A stretch of 64,000 bases of DNA, from assembly GCA_018812625.1 (NCBI GenBank), contig JAHJDH010000033.1, forward strand, positions 3,622 through 67,621. Direction: 5' to 3'. The position numbers and the translations under genes are program-made. The notes below the pieces were generated by a model. It searched no databases. It was given only the letters and a program-made list of their open reading frames with translations, and was not told the origin of the DNA. Of this stretch, positions 17,209 through 25,686 are shown piece by piece (within the stretch, counting starts at the first letter, position 1; the number at the start of each line of letters is the position of its first letter). This DNA is from Candidatus Micrarchaeota archaeon. Its GTDB lineage: Archaea; Micrarchaeota; Micrarchaeia; Anstonellales; Bilamarchaeaceae.

Positions 17209-18771
17209 TTATTTTTTAATTAGAATCTTATCTTGCGATTGTATCATTCCGCCATAAATACTGCCAACTGTTCCATATCCAGATTCCAGGTAAATATCTC
17301 CAGATTTCATGCTTTGGCCTATATTGTTTCCTGATGTTCCAAGCACATCAATATACCCGCCATTCATACCAAGACCAAGGAAATCGCCCGTATCTCCAGT
17401 AATTATTATGGAACCTCCTTGTTTCCATGCGCCAGTACCATAACCTGCAGAACCCTCAACAATCATAAGTCCATTATCCTGCATCTCACAACCAGTATGT
17501 GATCCAAGGTTTCCAAATACTCTGATAATTCCATCATTTCTATATCCGAGCAAACTGACTTTTTTGCCAAGGCCCGTAAAATCAAAAGTGTGGAACATGC
17601 TTTCTCCGCCATTTACTAGCGCGCTGAGAAATATTCCTGCCTTTCTGCCAAACATGTGATCATTTTGGAAACACTCAATTGCTTTGCTGAATCGAAGCAG
17701 GTCTCTTCCACTATATTCGAGTGCGGTTGCCATTCCCAATATTTCATCATAGCTTCTCTCAATGTCAAAATTATCAAATCTAAAGAGCATCCATGCATCT
17801 ATCAAGTCCTTTAGTGTTTCATCCTCGCCATTTTTTACAAATGGATAAAGCTGCCGGTCTCCAATAAATGTTTCACCGCCCTTGCCTGGTTTGCCAAGTG
17901 TGTTCTCGAGGTCTTCTCTTACAATTATCACTCCTCCAGATCTTCTTGGGCCTACATAGCTTCCTCCGTATCCAACAGTGATAACCCCTCCTTTCTGAAA
18001 CAGGCCAATCAGAGAGCCTCCAAATCCATCAACATGGATTGTGCCTCCTTTCATTCTGCCTCCAACAATCATGGAGACATCTCCAATCAAAATCTTTTGC
18101 TGTGGGGTGCCTTGATGGACTACGCATATATGTGCCAAGCTGCCAACGTTTCCAAAGATGCGGATCATTCCTCCTTCCATGTCTGCTCCAACATGCCCGA
18201 AAACATTTTCATTAATGTAAATTTCTCCCCCGCTCATCCCATCTCCGACATTGCCATGTACGCTGCCTTCAACAGTAATGGATCCATCTTCCATCAAACT
18301 TGCAAGTCCGTCACCAACATCTCCTATTACTCTGACATTTTTGACGTTCTTGTACCCTAGCAATGTTAATTTTTTATTGTAAAGCGTAGTATTAACAGTA
18401 TATCCATCATCCATTCCAGAATTAATCATTGCACTGATAATCAAACCTGCCTTGTAGCTGAAATTCTCGTCTCTTTGGAACTGTTTGATCTGTTGGCAAA
18501 AATTTTCAACATCATGAACTGAATAATTGCTGCCACTACACAATTCATTTGCCTTACCATAAATTTCTGATAGTTCTGAGGATTCTACTTTTTTCCAGAT
18601 TGTAGCTGCACTAAGTTTTGGGGATTTAACCTCTCTAATATGACTTACTAGTCTGATGCCCTCTTCTTCTGGCCTTTTTCCGTTAAGTGGTTTTTTTCCA
18701 TCAAAACCATTAACCTTAGGGATACCCTTCTCTACCTTCTTCGCAACTTGTTGTGTTTCCATGATCGCCAC
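17209..18771 (-). CDS. tandem GXGXG-motif protein (GltB domain 3 / FwdC-like beta-helix, duplicated)
   Basis: Two halves, each a helical module followed by glycine-ladder repeats. The repeats read VIGDVGDGLASLMEDGSITVEGSVHGNVGDGMSGGEI and VFGNLGSHTGCEMQDNGLMIVEGSAGYGTGAWKQGGSI. Confidence 0.7.
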   Translation of the reverse strand: MAIMETQQVAKKVEKGIPKVNGFDGKKPLNGKRPEEEGIRLVSHIREVKSPKLSAATIWKKVESSELSEIYGKANELCSGSNYSVHDVENFCQQIKQFQRDENFSYKAGLIISAMINSGMDDGYTVNTTLYNKKLTLLGYKNVKNVRVIGDVGDGLASLMEDGSITVEGSVHGNVGDGMSGGEIYINENVFGHVGADMEGGMIRIFGNVGSLAHICVVHQGTPQQKILIGDVSMIVGGRMKGGTIHVDGFGGSLIGLFQKGGVITVGYGGSYVGPRRSGGVIIVREDLENTLGKPGKGGETFIGDRQLYPFVKNGEDETLKDLIDAWMLFRFDNFDIERSYDEILGMATALEYSGRDLLRFSKAIECFQNDHMFGRKAGIFLSALVNGGESMFHTFDFTGLGKKVSLLGYRNDGIIRVFGNLGSHTGCEMQDNGLMIVEGSAGYGTGAWKQGGSIIITGDTGDFLGLGMNGGYIDVLGTSGNNIGQSMKSGDIYLESGYGTVGSIYGGMIQSQDKILIKK

Positions 18772-18875
18772 ATTTTACTTTATTAACCCACTTTTATCTA
18801 GATGTGTTTATAAAGGTAACCTAGTGTGCATGAAATCTAGGCCGTGGAAGAAAAAAGAAGAGAAAATTTAAAAAC

Positions 18876-21068
18876 TTAATCCATAAAGAAGGTTACATCC
18901 GGAGCGTCTGGTTTTTCGCCTTTCCTCTCTCTGATTTGTCTGATTATCTTCTCTGTAAGATCTCTTGGAACCTGATGGTATCCAGCATATTCCTGATACC
19001 AAATGGCTCTACCTTGTGTTGCTCCTCGAAGGTCATTTGCAAATCCAAACATCTCGGCAACTGGAAGAACTGTTGTAATAACTGCATTTTCTCCTTCCTG
19101 TTCCATTGCCTCAAGAACACCGCGTCTTCCGTTTGTCATGTTAATGACATCTCCAGAATATTCTCCAAGAGTGTTGATCAGAACTTTTTGCTTTGGCTCA
19201 AGTAGTGCAATTTCTGCCTGGATCATACATGCATAGATTGGTCTTCTGATTGTTGGAAGCATCTGTGCAGGGCCTCTGTGGATGTTGTCTTCATGCAAAG
19301 TAGCATCAACAAGCCTTACAAGAACTCCAGTGACCTTTTCCTTTGCCTTTGGTCCCTGGTTCATACATTCTCTGAACCCCTGAATCATAAGCTCCTCAAC
19401 TTCATTTAGGTACTGAATACCCTTGGTTGCATTGATGAACATATTTCCATGATAGATGTCGTAGACTTTTCTAGCCTCGTCACGCTCAAGGCCAAGTTCA
19501 ATGAGTTTTTCATAATCCTCTCTGACCTTTGGCTTTCCATCTGCAATCTCTCCCTTCTGAAGTGCTTCCAGTAGTTCTGGATTAATTGCCTCAACAGTAA
19601 CCTTGAGTCTGTTGTGCTTGTTTGGAGATTTTCCTTCAACCGGGCCTCCCTTTCCTTTGATTGTTTCAGAATAAAGGACAATCGGAGGTGATGTGATGAT
19701 TGGAATTTTCTTCTCCTTCTCGATCTTGTACTCAATAATCTCAAGATGAAGTTCTCCATTTCCGCTTACAAGGTGTTCTCCAGTATCCTGGTTGAGTGAA
19801 ACCTTGATTGTAGGGTCTTCCTTTGAAATGCTTCGAAGCGCTTCAATAAGCTTTGGAAGGTCTTTCTGTTCTTTTACTTCAATGGATTTTGTAATGACTG
19901 GCTCTGAATAGTGCTTGATTTGTTCAAATGGAGTAATTTGTCTAGAAGAAACAGTTTCTCCTACATATACATCCTTAAGGCCAACAAGCGCTCCAATGTT
20001 TCCAGCTCTAATTCTCTCTGCAGCAACTCTGTCCTGCCCCATGAAGATACCAACTTGCTGAACCTTTGCAGTTTTTTTAAGTGATGCAATATACAGCTCA
20101 GTTCCTTTTTGTATGGTTCCAGAAAAGATACGGGCAACAGCAACTTCTCCAGCATGTTCATCGTAAACAACCCCGAAAACAACAGCTACTGGGTTTCCTT
20201 CAGGGTCACAGGCAAGCATGCTTTTTCCTTCATCAGTTTCAAGATCTCCGCCTTTCCAAAGAACTGGAGTTCTGTATGCCTGAGCAACTTTGGGGCTTGG
20301 AAGATGTTTGATTACCATCTCAAGAAGAACATCGTCAAGAGGACTCTTTTCAACCAGGAATTTGTGGTCTTCTTCTCTGCATTTGTCATAAATGTCCTTG
20401 AACGAGATATTGAATCTTTTCATTGAAGTAATTGAAAGTGCCCATTTGTTGTATGCAGTACCAAATGCAACATTTCCTTTTTCTACGCCGATAAGCCAAT
20501 CATCTTTTTTATCTGCAGGTGCATTTGCCGAAATGATTTTGTTAACCTGCGTAATGATTTTTATAAATTTTTCCTGCATTGCAGCAGAATCAAGTTTCAA
20601 TTCATTGATAAGTCTGTCAACTTTGTTAATGAACAAAATTGGTTTTGCTCTTTCTTTAAGTGCCTGTCTAAGGTTTGTTTCTGTTTGTGGCATAACTCCT
20701 TCAACAGCATCAATAACAAGACAAACACCATCAACTGCTCTCATAGCTCGAACAACGTGGAAACCAAAGTCAACGTGTCCTGGAGTATCAATAAGGTTAA
20801 TCAAATAATCCTGGCCTTCAAATTTAAATCCAAGAGAAATGTTAGCTGATTTGATTGTAATTCCTCTGGCTGCTTCCTGCTCATCAAAATCCATAACTCT
20901 CTGAGCACCGGCAAGTTCTTTGCTGATAAGTCCTGCACGTGCAACAAGACTGTCTGTTAGGGTTGTTTTACCATGATCAACGTGGGCAACAATTGCAACA
21001 TTTCTGATGTTGACTGAATTTTCCATCAACTTCTGTACTTCTTCGACTACAACTTCCTTTCGTGCCAT
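18876..21068 (-). CDS. fusA: translation elongation factor aEF-2
   Basis: 730 aa with GTPase motifs AHVDHGKTT, DTPGHVDF and NKVDR, plus the diphthamide-region HEDNIHRGPAQ. Confidence 0.97.
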   Translation of the reverse strand: MARKEVVVEEVQKLMENSVNIRNVAIVAHVDHGKTTLTDSLVARAGLISKELAGAQRVMDFDEQEAARGITIKSANISLGFKFEGQDYLINLIDTPGHVDFGFHVVRAMRAVDGVCLVIDAVEGVMPQTETNLRQALKERAKPILFINKVDRLINELKLDSAAMQEKFIKIITQVNKIISANAPADKKDDWLIGVEKGNVAFGTAYNKWALSITSMKRFNISFKDIYDKCREEDHKFLVEKSPLDDVLLEMVIKHLPSPKVAQAYRTPVLWKGGDLETDEGKSMLACDPEGNPVAVVFGVVYDEHAGEVAVARIFSGTIQKGTELYIASLKKTAKVQQVGIFMGQDRVAAERIRAGNIGALVGLKDVYVGETVSSRQITPFEQIKHYSEPVITKSIEVKEQKDLPKLIEALRSISKEDPTIKVSLNQDTGEHLVSGNGELHLEIIEYKIEKEKKIPIITSPPIVLYSETIKGKGGPVEGKSPNKHNRLKVTVEAINPELLEALQKGEIADGKPKVREDYEKLIELGLERDEARKVYDIYHGNMFINATKGIQYLNEVEELMIQGFRECMNQGPKAKEKVTGVLVRLVDATLHEDNIHRGPAQMLPTIRRPIYACMIQAEIALLEPKQKVLINTLGEYSGDVINMTNGRRGVLEAMEQEGENAVITTVLPVAEMFGFANDLRGATQGRAIWYQEYAGYHQVPRDLTEKIIRQIRERKGEKPDAPDVTFFMD

Positions 21069-21361
21069 AAAATTTCACCGATTTTACCATTATGTATATA
21101 TTACAGTGTCTATCCGACAATTAGTTGTTGTAATGGTAGTAGGAAAAGAATATAAAACCTGCTTTTGGTCCCTATCTGCGTGGTATGACTTGTTGAAAAT
21201 CGATTTTTGTATTTTTCTGATTCGATTATTTGATTTTTATTGGCTTTATTGTGAATTTCACTATTTTTCTCTCTTTTTTTATCTTATTTTTTGTGATTTT
21301 TTGTCTCATATTGTGTTCTGAGCATCTGTTTAAAAATCTTTATTACAAGAAGTGTATATAT

Positions 21362-22705
21362 ATGAGCAGAAAGTTGAGGGTGGCAGTATATGATTTAGCC
21401 AGAGCGCCCATGGAAACGCTCACAAAAAGGCTGAATTTATCTGGGTTATCTGTGTTATCAGATGAACCTATGCGTTTAACTGCTCAAAGCGCCAGGCCAG
21501 ATGCGGATGTCTGGCTAAATAAGTGGTCATTCAATCTAAAAGCTCCTTTTCTTGAATGTCACAAACCCAAGCTTGGAATTTTGACTATGACTGTTGGCAC
21601 TGACCATATTGATATGGATGCAGTTTCAAAACACGGCCTTCAAATAGAGACCTGTCCATCTTATTGTTCAAATTCAGTTGCTGAGCATGCTATTGCACTG
21701 GCACTTCGCGGGTCCTATAAGGATTCTGCTCTTCCACAACTTTCGCCATCTCAATTATTATTTACTAATCTTTCAGATTCCTTAGTTGAAGCTGCAGTTG
21801 CACAAATTCTCTTTAGAATTCGCCAGCTTGATAAAAGCATTGAACGTGCAAAAGCGTATGATTATGGTCCCTCTGAAATTGGTAGATATGCTGCTCCCTG
21901 GTCTAATCAGGAGCTGCTTGATAAGAGAATAGGAATTGTTGGTACAAATGGTTCTGCAAAAAAACTTATCAAAATACTAAAATCTGGTTTTGGTTCTCAC
22001 GTTCTTCTTCATCATTCCGATATTGCGCTTGAGTCACTTGGAGCAGTTCCTTTCACATGCTATGAAATTGGCAAGTCTTGCGCTTATGTCTTTCTTAATG
22101 ATGAAAATATTCACTTTTCTGACCTGCTGAAAATCGATGCACGACGTTTAGAGCCTTCTTCATATGTACTATCAGGTTCAAAAGTAGCAGTTCTTGGAGC
22201 AGGAAAAATCGGCTCAAGAATTGCTGAAATTGCAAAGCTTGGCTTTGACTGTGATGTAACTGTATTTAGCAGAACTGAAAAGCCAGAACTTTCTGAAATC
22301 GGAATAAATTTTGCTGCCAAGCTGCAAACTGCAATTTCAGATGCTCAGTTTATTTTTGTCGCACTTCCACTTACTGCAGAAACAACCAATATCATCAATG
22401 CTTCTGTGATTGCAGGCTTAGATCCATCAATTCCAAGAGTAATGGTTAATGTTACTCGAGATAAAATCATTGACAGCGAAGCACTTTATTCTGCTATTGA
22501 GAGCGGAGTTATTTCTGTTTATGCAACTGATGTTCTTCCAAATGACACTTCACTTTGGGTTGGAAATGAACCTGATGAGATTACAAGCAGATTTGCAGTC
22601 CATCCAAGAGTAATTGCAACTCCTCATGAAGCTGACAGTTCTGTTGATTCAGCAGAGCGACTTGCTTCTGAAGTTATTGAAAAATTAAAGACGTTTAAAA
22701 TGTGA
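21362..22705 (+). CDS. D-isomer-specific 2-hydroxyacid dehydrogenase family protein (atypical, with a central insertion)
   Basis: GTDHIDMDAVSKHGLQIE..VAEHAIALAL, NAD-binding VAVLGAGKIGSRIAEIAKLGF, NVTRDKIID and catalytic-His region ATPHEA. The track start 21230 adds a T-rich hydrophobic leader that I regard as promoter read-through. Confidence 0.7.
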   Translation: MSRKLRVAVYDLARAPMETLTKRLNLSGLSVLSDEPMRLTAQSARPDADVWLNKWSFNLKAPFLECHKPKLGILTMTVGTDHIDMDAVSKHGLQIETCPSYCSNSVAEHAIALALRGSYKDSALPQLSPSQLLFTNLSDSLVEAAVAQILFRIRQLDKSIERAKAYDYGPSEIGRYAAPWSNQELLDKRIGIVGTNGSAKKLIKILKSGFGSHVLLHHSDIALESLGAVPFTCYEIGKSCAYVFLNDENIHFSDLLKIDARRLEPSSYVLSGSKVAVLGAGKIGSRIAEIAKLGFDCDVTVFSRTEKPELSEIGINFAAKLQTAISDAQFIFVALPLTAETTNIINASVIAGLDPSIPRVMVNVTRDKIIDSEALYSAIESGVISVYATDVLPNDTSLWVGNEPDEITSRFAVHPRVIATPHEADSSVDSAERLASEVIEKLKTFKM

Positions 22706-22710
22706 TATAT

Positions 22711-25491
22711 ATGGCAGAAAAATTAATCAAGCCTCAAAATGTTCCAAAGAAACCAGAGCGGGCAGCACCAAAAGTTTTCCATGCTGGTAGGTATAAAGAT
22801 CGCGGAGAAGACGCTGCACAAATGTCAATTACAAATATTGGCGGAACTGATGTTGATAAAGTAATAGCTCCATACAAAGGAGACTCATCCAGAAGAATTT
22901 TGTATGGCAACTGGGGAGATCCTGTTCGCTATGGCCTTGGTCCATATGAAGGTTTTTTCCGCCACAAGGGTCGTATATTCTCTCTTGAAAAAGATCCAAC
23001 AACATTTACTAGTTACTGTCTTTCTGGAGATACTGATTTGAAAGAAATCCTGGCAGCTGGTTGGAGGGGCTCACCAAATCCATTTGCAGTTGACAAAGTC
23101 CAGGTTTATATCACTCCAGGAGTTGCAGGAGCACTTAAGCTGATTTGCCAGTCATTCCTCTTGCCTCCATCCCAGCCAAATCTCTCTCCTGCTTTAGATC
23201 TTCTCAGATCTTCTCTTGAGGGCATTTCAAATGGTCCTTCTGATTCATCGCTAGTAATGCCTGCACTTTTATCTATTCAAAAGATCGTACAAACTGAATA
23301 TGATCGCTGTTCTGTACGCGATAATGTGGTTGTTCCTCTTTGGACATATGTTTCGCATATGGCAAGCGTTTATGGTGCGCAGGGCCGTGTTAATGTCTGC
23401 GATATCCAAGAGGATGGACAGGTCGATCTTGATAGTTTTGAGAAAAGCATTGATAGAAACACCCGCGCTGTAATTTTTGCAACTGTTGGAAACCCTCTTC
23501 CAGTTGCCATGCATCCAGAAAAATTTGATGAAATCCTTCGAATTGTTGATCGGAAGATGAACCAATATGGCCATCCAATTCTTGTTGTTGCAGATACTAT
23601 CTATGAGCATTTTAGAAATCAAAAAATGAATCGTATTGATCCGATCCAAAGAGCAATGGTGCTTCAGAGACGTGAGGATGTGTTTGTTCCAATAATCGAT
23701 ATGTGCAGTTTCTCCAAAATGCTCGCTATGCCAGGTCAGCGTGTTGGATATGCAAGAATCCGCTGGGAAGATCGGCTTTTTCCGGAAGAGAGGCATGACT
23801 TTTTCCTTTTGATGAATGCGATCGAAGGAATTGCTCTTGGTACTGTGCCAATGGATACTCAAAGAGCTCTTGCTAAACTTTACACTTCAATCAATTTGCA
23901 CAGTCCTGTTGAGGAGGAGCTTGCACCTATTGCAACTGTGCTAAAAGTTCTTCAGGATTTGCCTTCTTCATCTCATGAACATACTGATGGCTATTATTCT
24001 GTAAAGAGAGTTACCAAAATGGTTGAAGATTTAGCAGTTAATACTCTCTCTGCTTACAAATTTGCAGTAACCAGGGGAAATATCCAAGAAATAGCAGAAC
24101 GTCTTGAAAAAGCAGGCATAATCGACATGCGATATATTGAGGACAGTTCTGGAAAATCAGTTCCTCATTTCAAACTAAGTATAGAATCTCTTCCAAAAAT
24201 TCCACAATCATCATCAGGAAAAATAGAGCTTGCTGATATTTCAAATGATCTTGCCTGGAGGGAGTTTGCAGAAATTACATATCCAGGCTTGATTGAGCGG
24301 GAAGACCTTCGCTACGATGCACACAAAGCCTTTATGCGAAGAGAATCATCCTCAAGAACAGTCGCATTTGCAGAAGGTGTTCTGTCCTTGCAGTCCATGG
24401 GCCGTCCAGTACACCTGCATCCAGCTTTGCTAGATGGCTCTCAACTTAACAGGGATAATCTCAGTGCATTCTATGTCCTGTTTAGTTTTGATCATTATCA
24501 GAGCTATCATGGTCCGGACTTCCCATCACAAGCAGCGCAAATTGCAAGCGAATGTATCAAATATAAGTTTCCGATTCCATATTGGGTTCCAGCAGAATTA
24601 TTCATTCCGCCAGACCTTAGAAGCGATGAGACTTCATATATACGAAACGTATCATTGCAAGGGTCAGATGAGATGGCAGAAATGCTTAATGTCATGGATC
24701 GACTGACCAGGCTTCCGACAAAAGGAATCCGTTCTGATCGTCTTCGTCAAATCAATGAACCTTCAAGGAAACTGCTCGAATCAATTTCCCCAGAAGTTCC
24801 AGCTATAATCTCCAGACTTTCAGATGCTTTGACTTATGAAGGAACTAGGCAGTCAGAGGCATTATCTCATGCTAAGGAAGAGCTGAGCGTATTATTTGGC
24901 CAGATACAGGAGGATTCTCTTAAAAGTCCAATTTCATCAGAAGTATCGCAGATGAGGGATTTGCTCTCTGCTGCTATCTCTAATCTTGAGCTTGCTGATG
25001 ATCTTTCAAATGCATCTGAGACCAGGGAAACAGTTGGTTCTGCAATAAGCACTTTGGAGAAAATTGCAGTATTTGAACCTAAACCAGATTCTGCTCCAGG
25101 CAAAATTGAGGAACATAACCGGGTTTTGATTATGGACGATTCTGTGGATGTAAGCACTGTGATGGGGAAGATATTCACAAAACTCGGATTGCGTGTTACT
25201 AAGGTTGCAAATGGTGAAGATGCAATTATTGCAGTCCAAGATGCAATAGCCAAGGGCAACCCTATAAGTACTATATTCCTTGATTTGAATATTCCAGATG
25301 AGCATATGGGAGGTAAGCAGGCTGCTCTGGAAATCCGGGCAATTGATCCGAATGTTCGGATATTTGCAGTTAGCGGCGAATCTGACCACGAGGTTATGAA
25401 GAATCCGACTGATCATGGGTTTACCGGCGCTCTTGGAAAACCATTTGTATATTCTGATGCACAGAAAGTTTTGGAACCAGATAAAAAATAA
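22711..25491 (+). CDS. fusion protein: class I/II PLP aminotransferase-like domain, long helical linker and C-terminal response-regulator receiver (REC) domain
   Basis: PLP-lysine motif CSFSKMLAMPGQRVGY. The C-terminus reads VLIMDDS..TIFLDLNIPDEHMGG..FAVSG..GALGKPF, which carries all the REC hallmark positions (DD, phospho-acceptor D, S/T, K). Confidence 0.75.
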   Translation: MAEKLIKPQNVPKKPERAAPKVFHAGRYKDRGEDAAQMSITNIGGTDVDKVIAPYKGDSSRRILYGNWGDPVRYGLGPYEGFFRHKGRIFSLEKDPTTFTSYCLSGDTDLKEILAAGWRGSPNPFAVDKVQVYITPGVAGALKLICQSFLLPPSQPNLSPALDLLRSSLEGISNGPSDSSLVMPALLSIQKIVQTEYDRCSVRDNVVVPLWTYVSHMASVYGAQGRVNVCDIQEDGQVDLDSFEKSIDRNTRAVIFATVGNPLPVAMHPEKFDEILRIVDRKMNQYGHPILVVADTIYEHFRNQKMNRIDPIQRAMVLQRREDVFVPIIDMCSFSKMLAMPGQRVGYARIRWEDRLFPEERHDFFLLMNAIEGIALGTVPMDTQRALAKLYTSINLHSPVEEELAPIATVLKVLQDLPSSSHEHTDGYYSVKRVTKMVEDLAVNTLSAYKFAVTRGNIQEIAERLEKAGIIDMRYIEDSSGKSVPHFKLSIESLPKIPQSSSGKIELADISNDLAWREFAEITYPGLIEREDLRYDAHKAFMRRESSSRTVAFAEGVLSLQSMGRPVHLHPALLDGSQLNRDNLSAFYVLFSFDHYQSYHGPDFPSQAAQIASECIKYKFPIPYWVPAELFIPPDLRSDETSYIRNVSLQGSDEMAEMLNVMDRLTRLPTKGIRSDRLRQINEPSRKLLESISPEVPAIISRLSDALTYEGTRQSEALSHAKEELSVLFGQIQEDSLKSPISSEVSQMRDLLSAAISNLELADDLSNASETRETVGSAISTLEKIAVFEPKPDSAPGKIEEHNRVLIMDDSVDVSTVMGKIFTKLGLRVTKVANGEDAIIAVQDAIAKGNPISTIFLDLNIPDEHMGGKQAALEIRAIDPNVRIFAVSGESDHEVMKNPTDHGFTGALGKPFVYSDAQKVLEPDKK

Positions 25492-25651
25492 GGTCCTCGC
25501 AATTGTTTTTCAATAGTGTTTTCCAAAAATGAAAAGGTTTTAGCTTGGAAAACGCTGGGCCCAAATACCGAATCGGTTTAAGGGCGACCACTCTCATGGT
25601 CCCGAAGGACAATAGTTGAGAATAACCATTTTGAACATGTTTGCGAGGATC
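25492..25651 (+). ncRNA. candidate structured non-coding RNA (~160 nt), family unknown
   Basis: Closing helix GGTCCTCGCAA (25492-25502) / TTGCGAGGATC (25641-25651). Inner helix 25516-25526 / 25545-25555. Each helix has one position that is a G-U wobble on the + strand but an A-C mismatch on the - strand. It lies between convergent genes. Confidence 0.4.
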
Positions 25652-25686
25652 AGGTAGCTAATTGCAACAATCATTTATTTACTTTT

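Noticed and set aside
21230-21361. N-terminal 44-codon extension of the dehydrogenase ORF (MIFIGFIVNFTIFLSFFILFF..), which looks like a TM helix.
   Set aside because: It is encoded by a T-rich divergent promoter region. The conserved dehydrogenase domain begins right after ATG 21362. The apparent TM segment is most likely a composition artefact.
23269-23862. 197-aa minus-strand ORF inside the aminotransferase-REC gene.
   Set aside because: It is antisense to the PLP-domain coding region, which has the clear SFSK motif, so it is a shadow ORF.
25518-25553. Similarity between the TTTTCCAAAA/TTGGAAAAC helix of the candidate RNA and the TTTTGGAAAAA core of the tRNA introns.
   Set aside because: The shared motif is a short A/T-rich near-palindrome, so a chance match is likely in this genome. 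No extended similarity was found.
25492-25651. Identification of the candidate RNA as SRP RNA, RNase P RNA or a tRNA-like gene.
   Set aside because: It has no T-loop (GTTCRANNC) and no recognisable RNase P conserved regions. The resemblance to SRP helix 8 is only loose, and at ~160 nt it is short for an archaeal 7S RNA. It is reported as family unknown.
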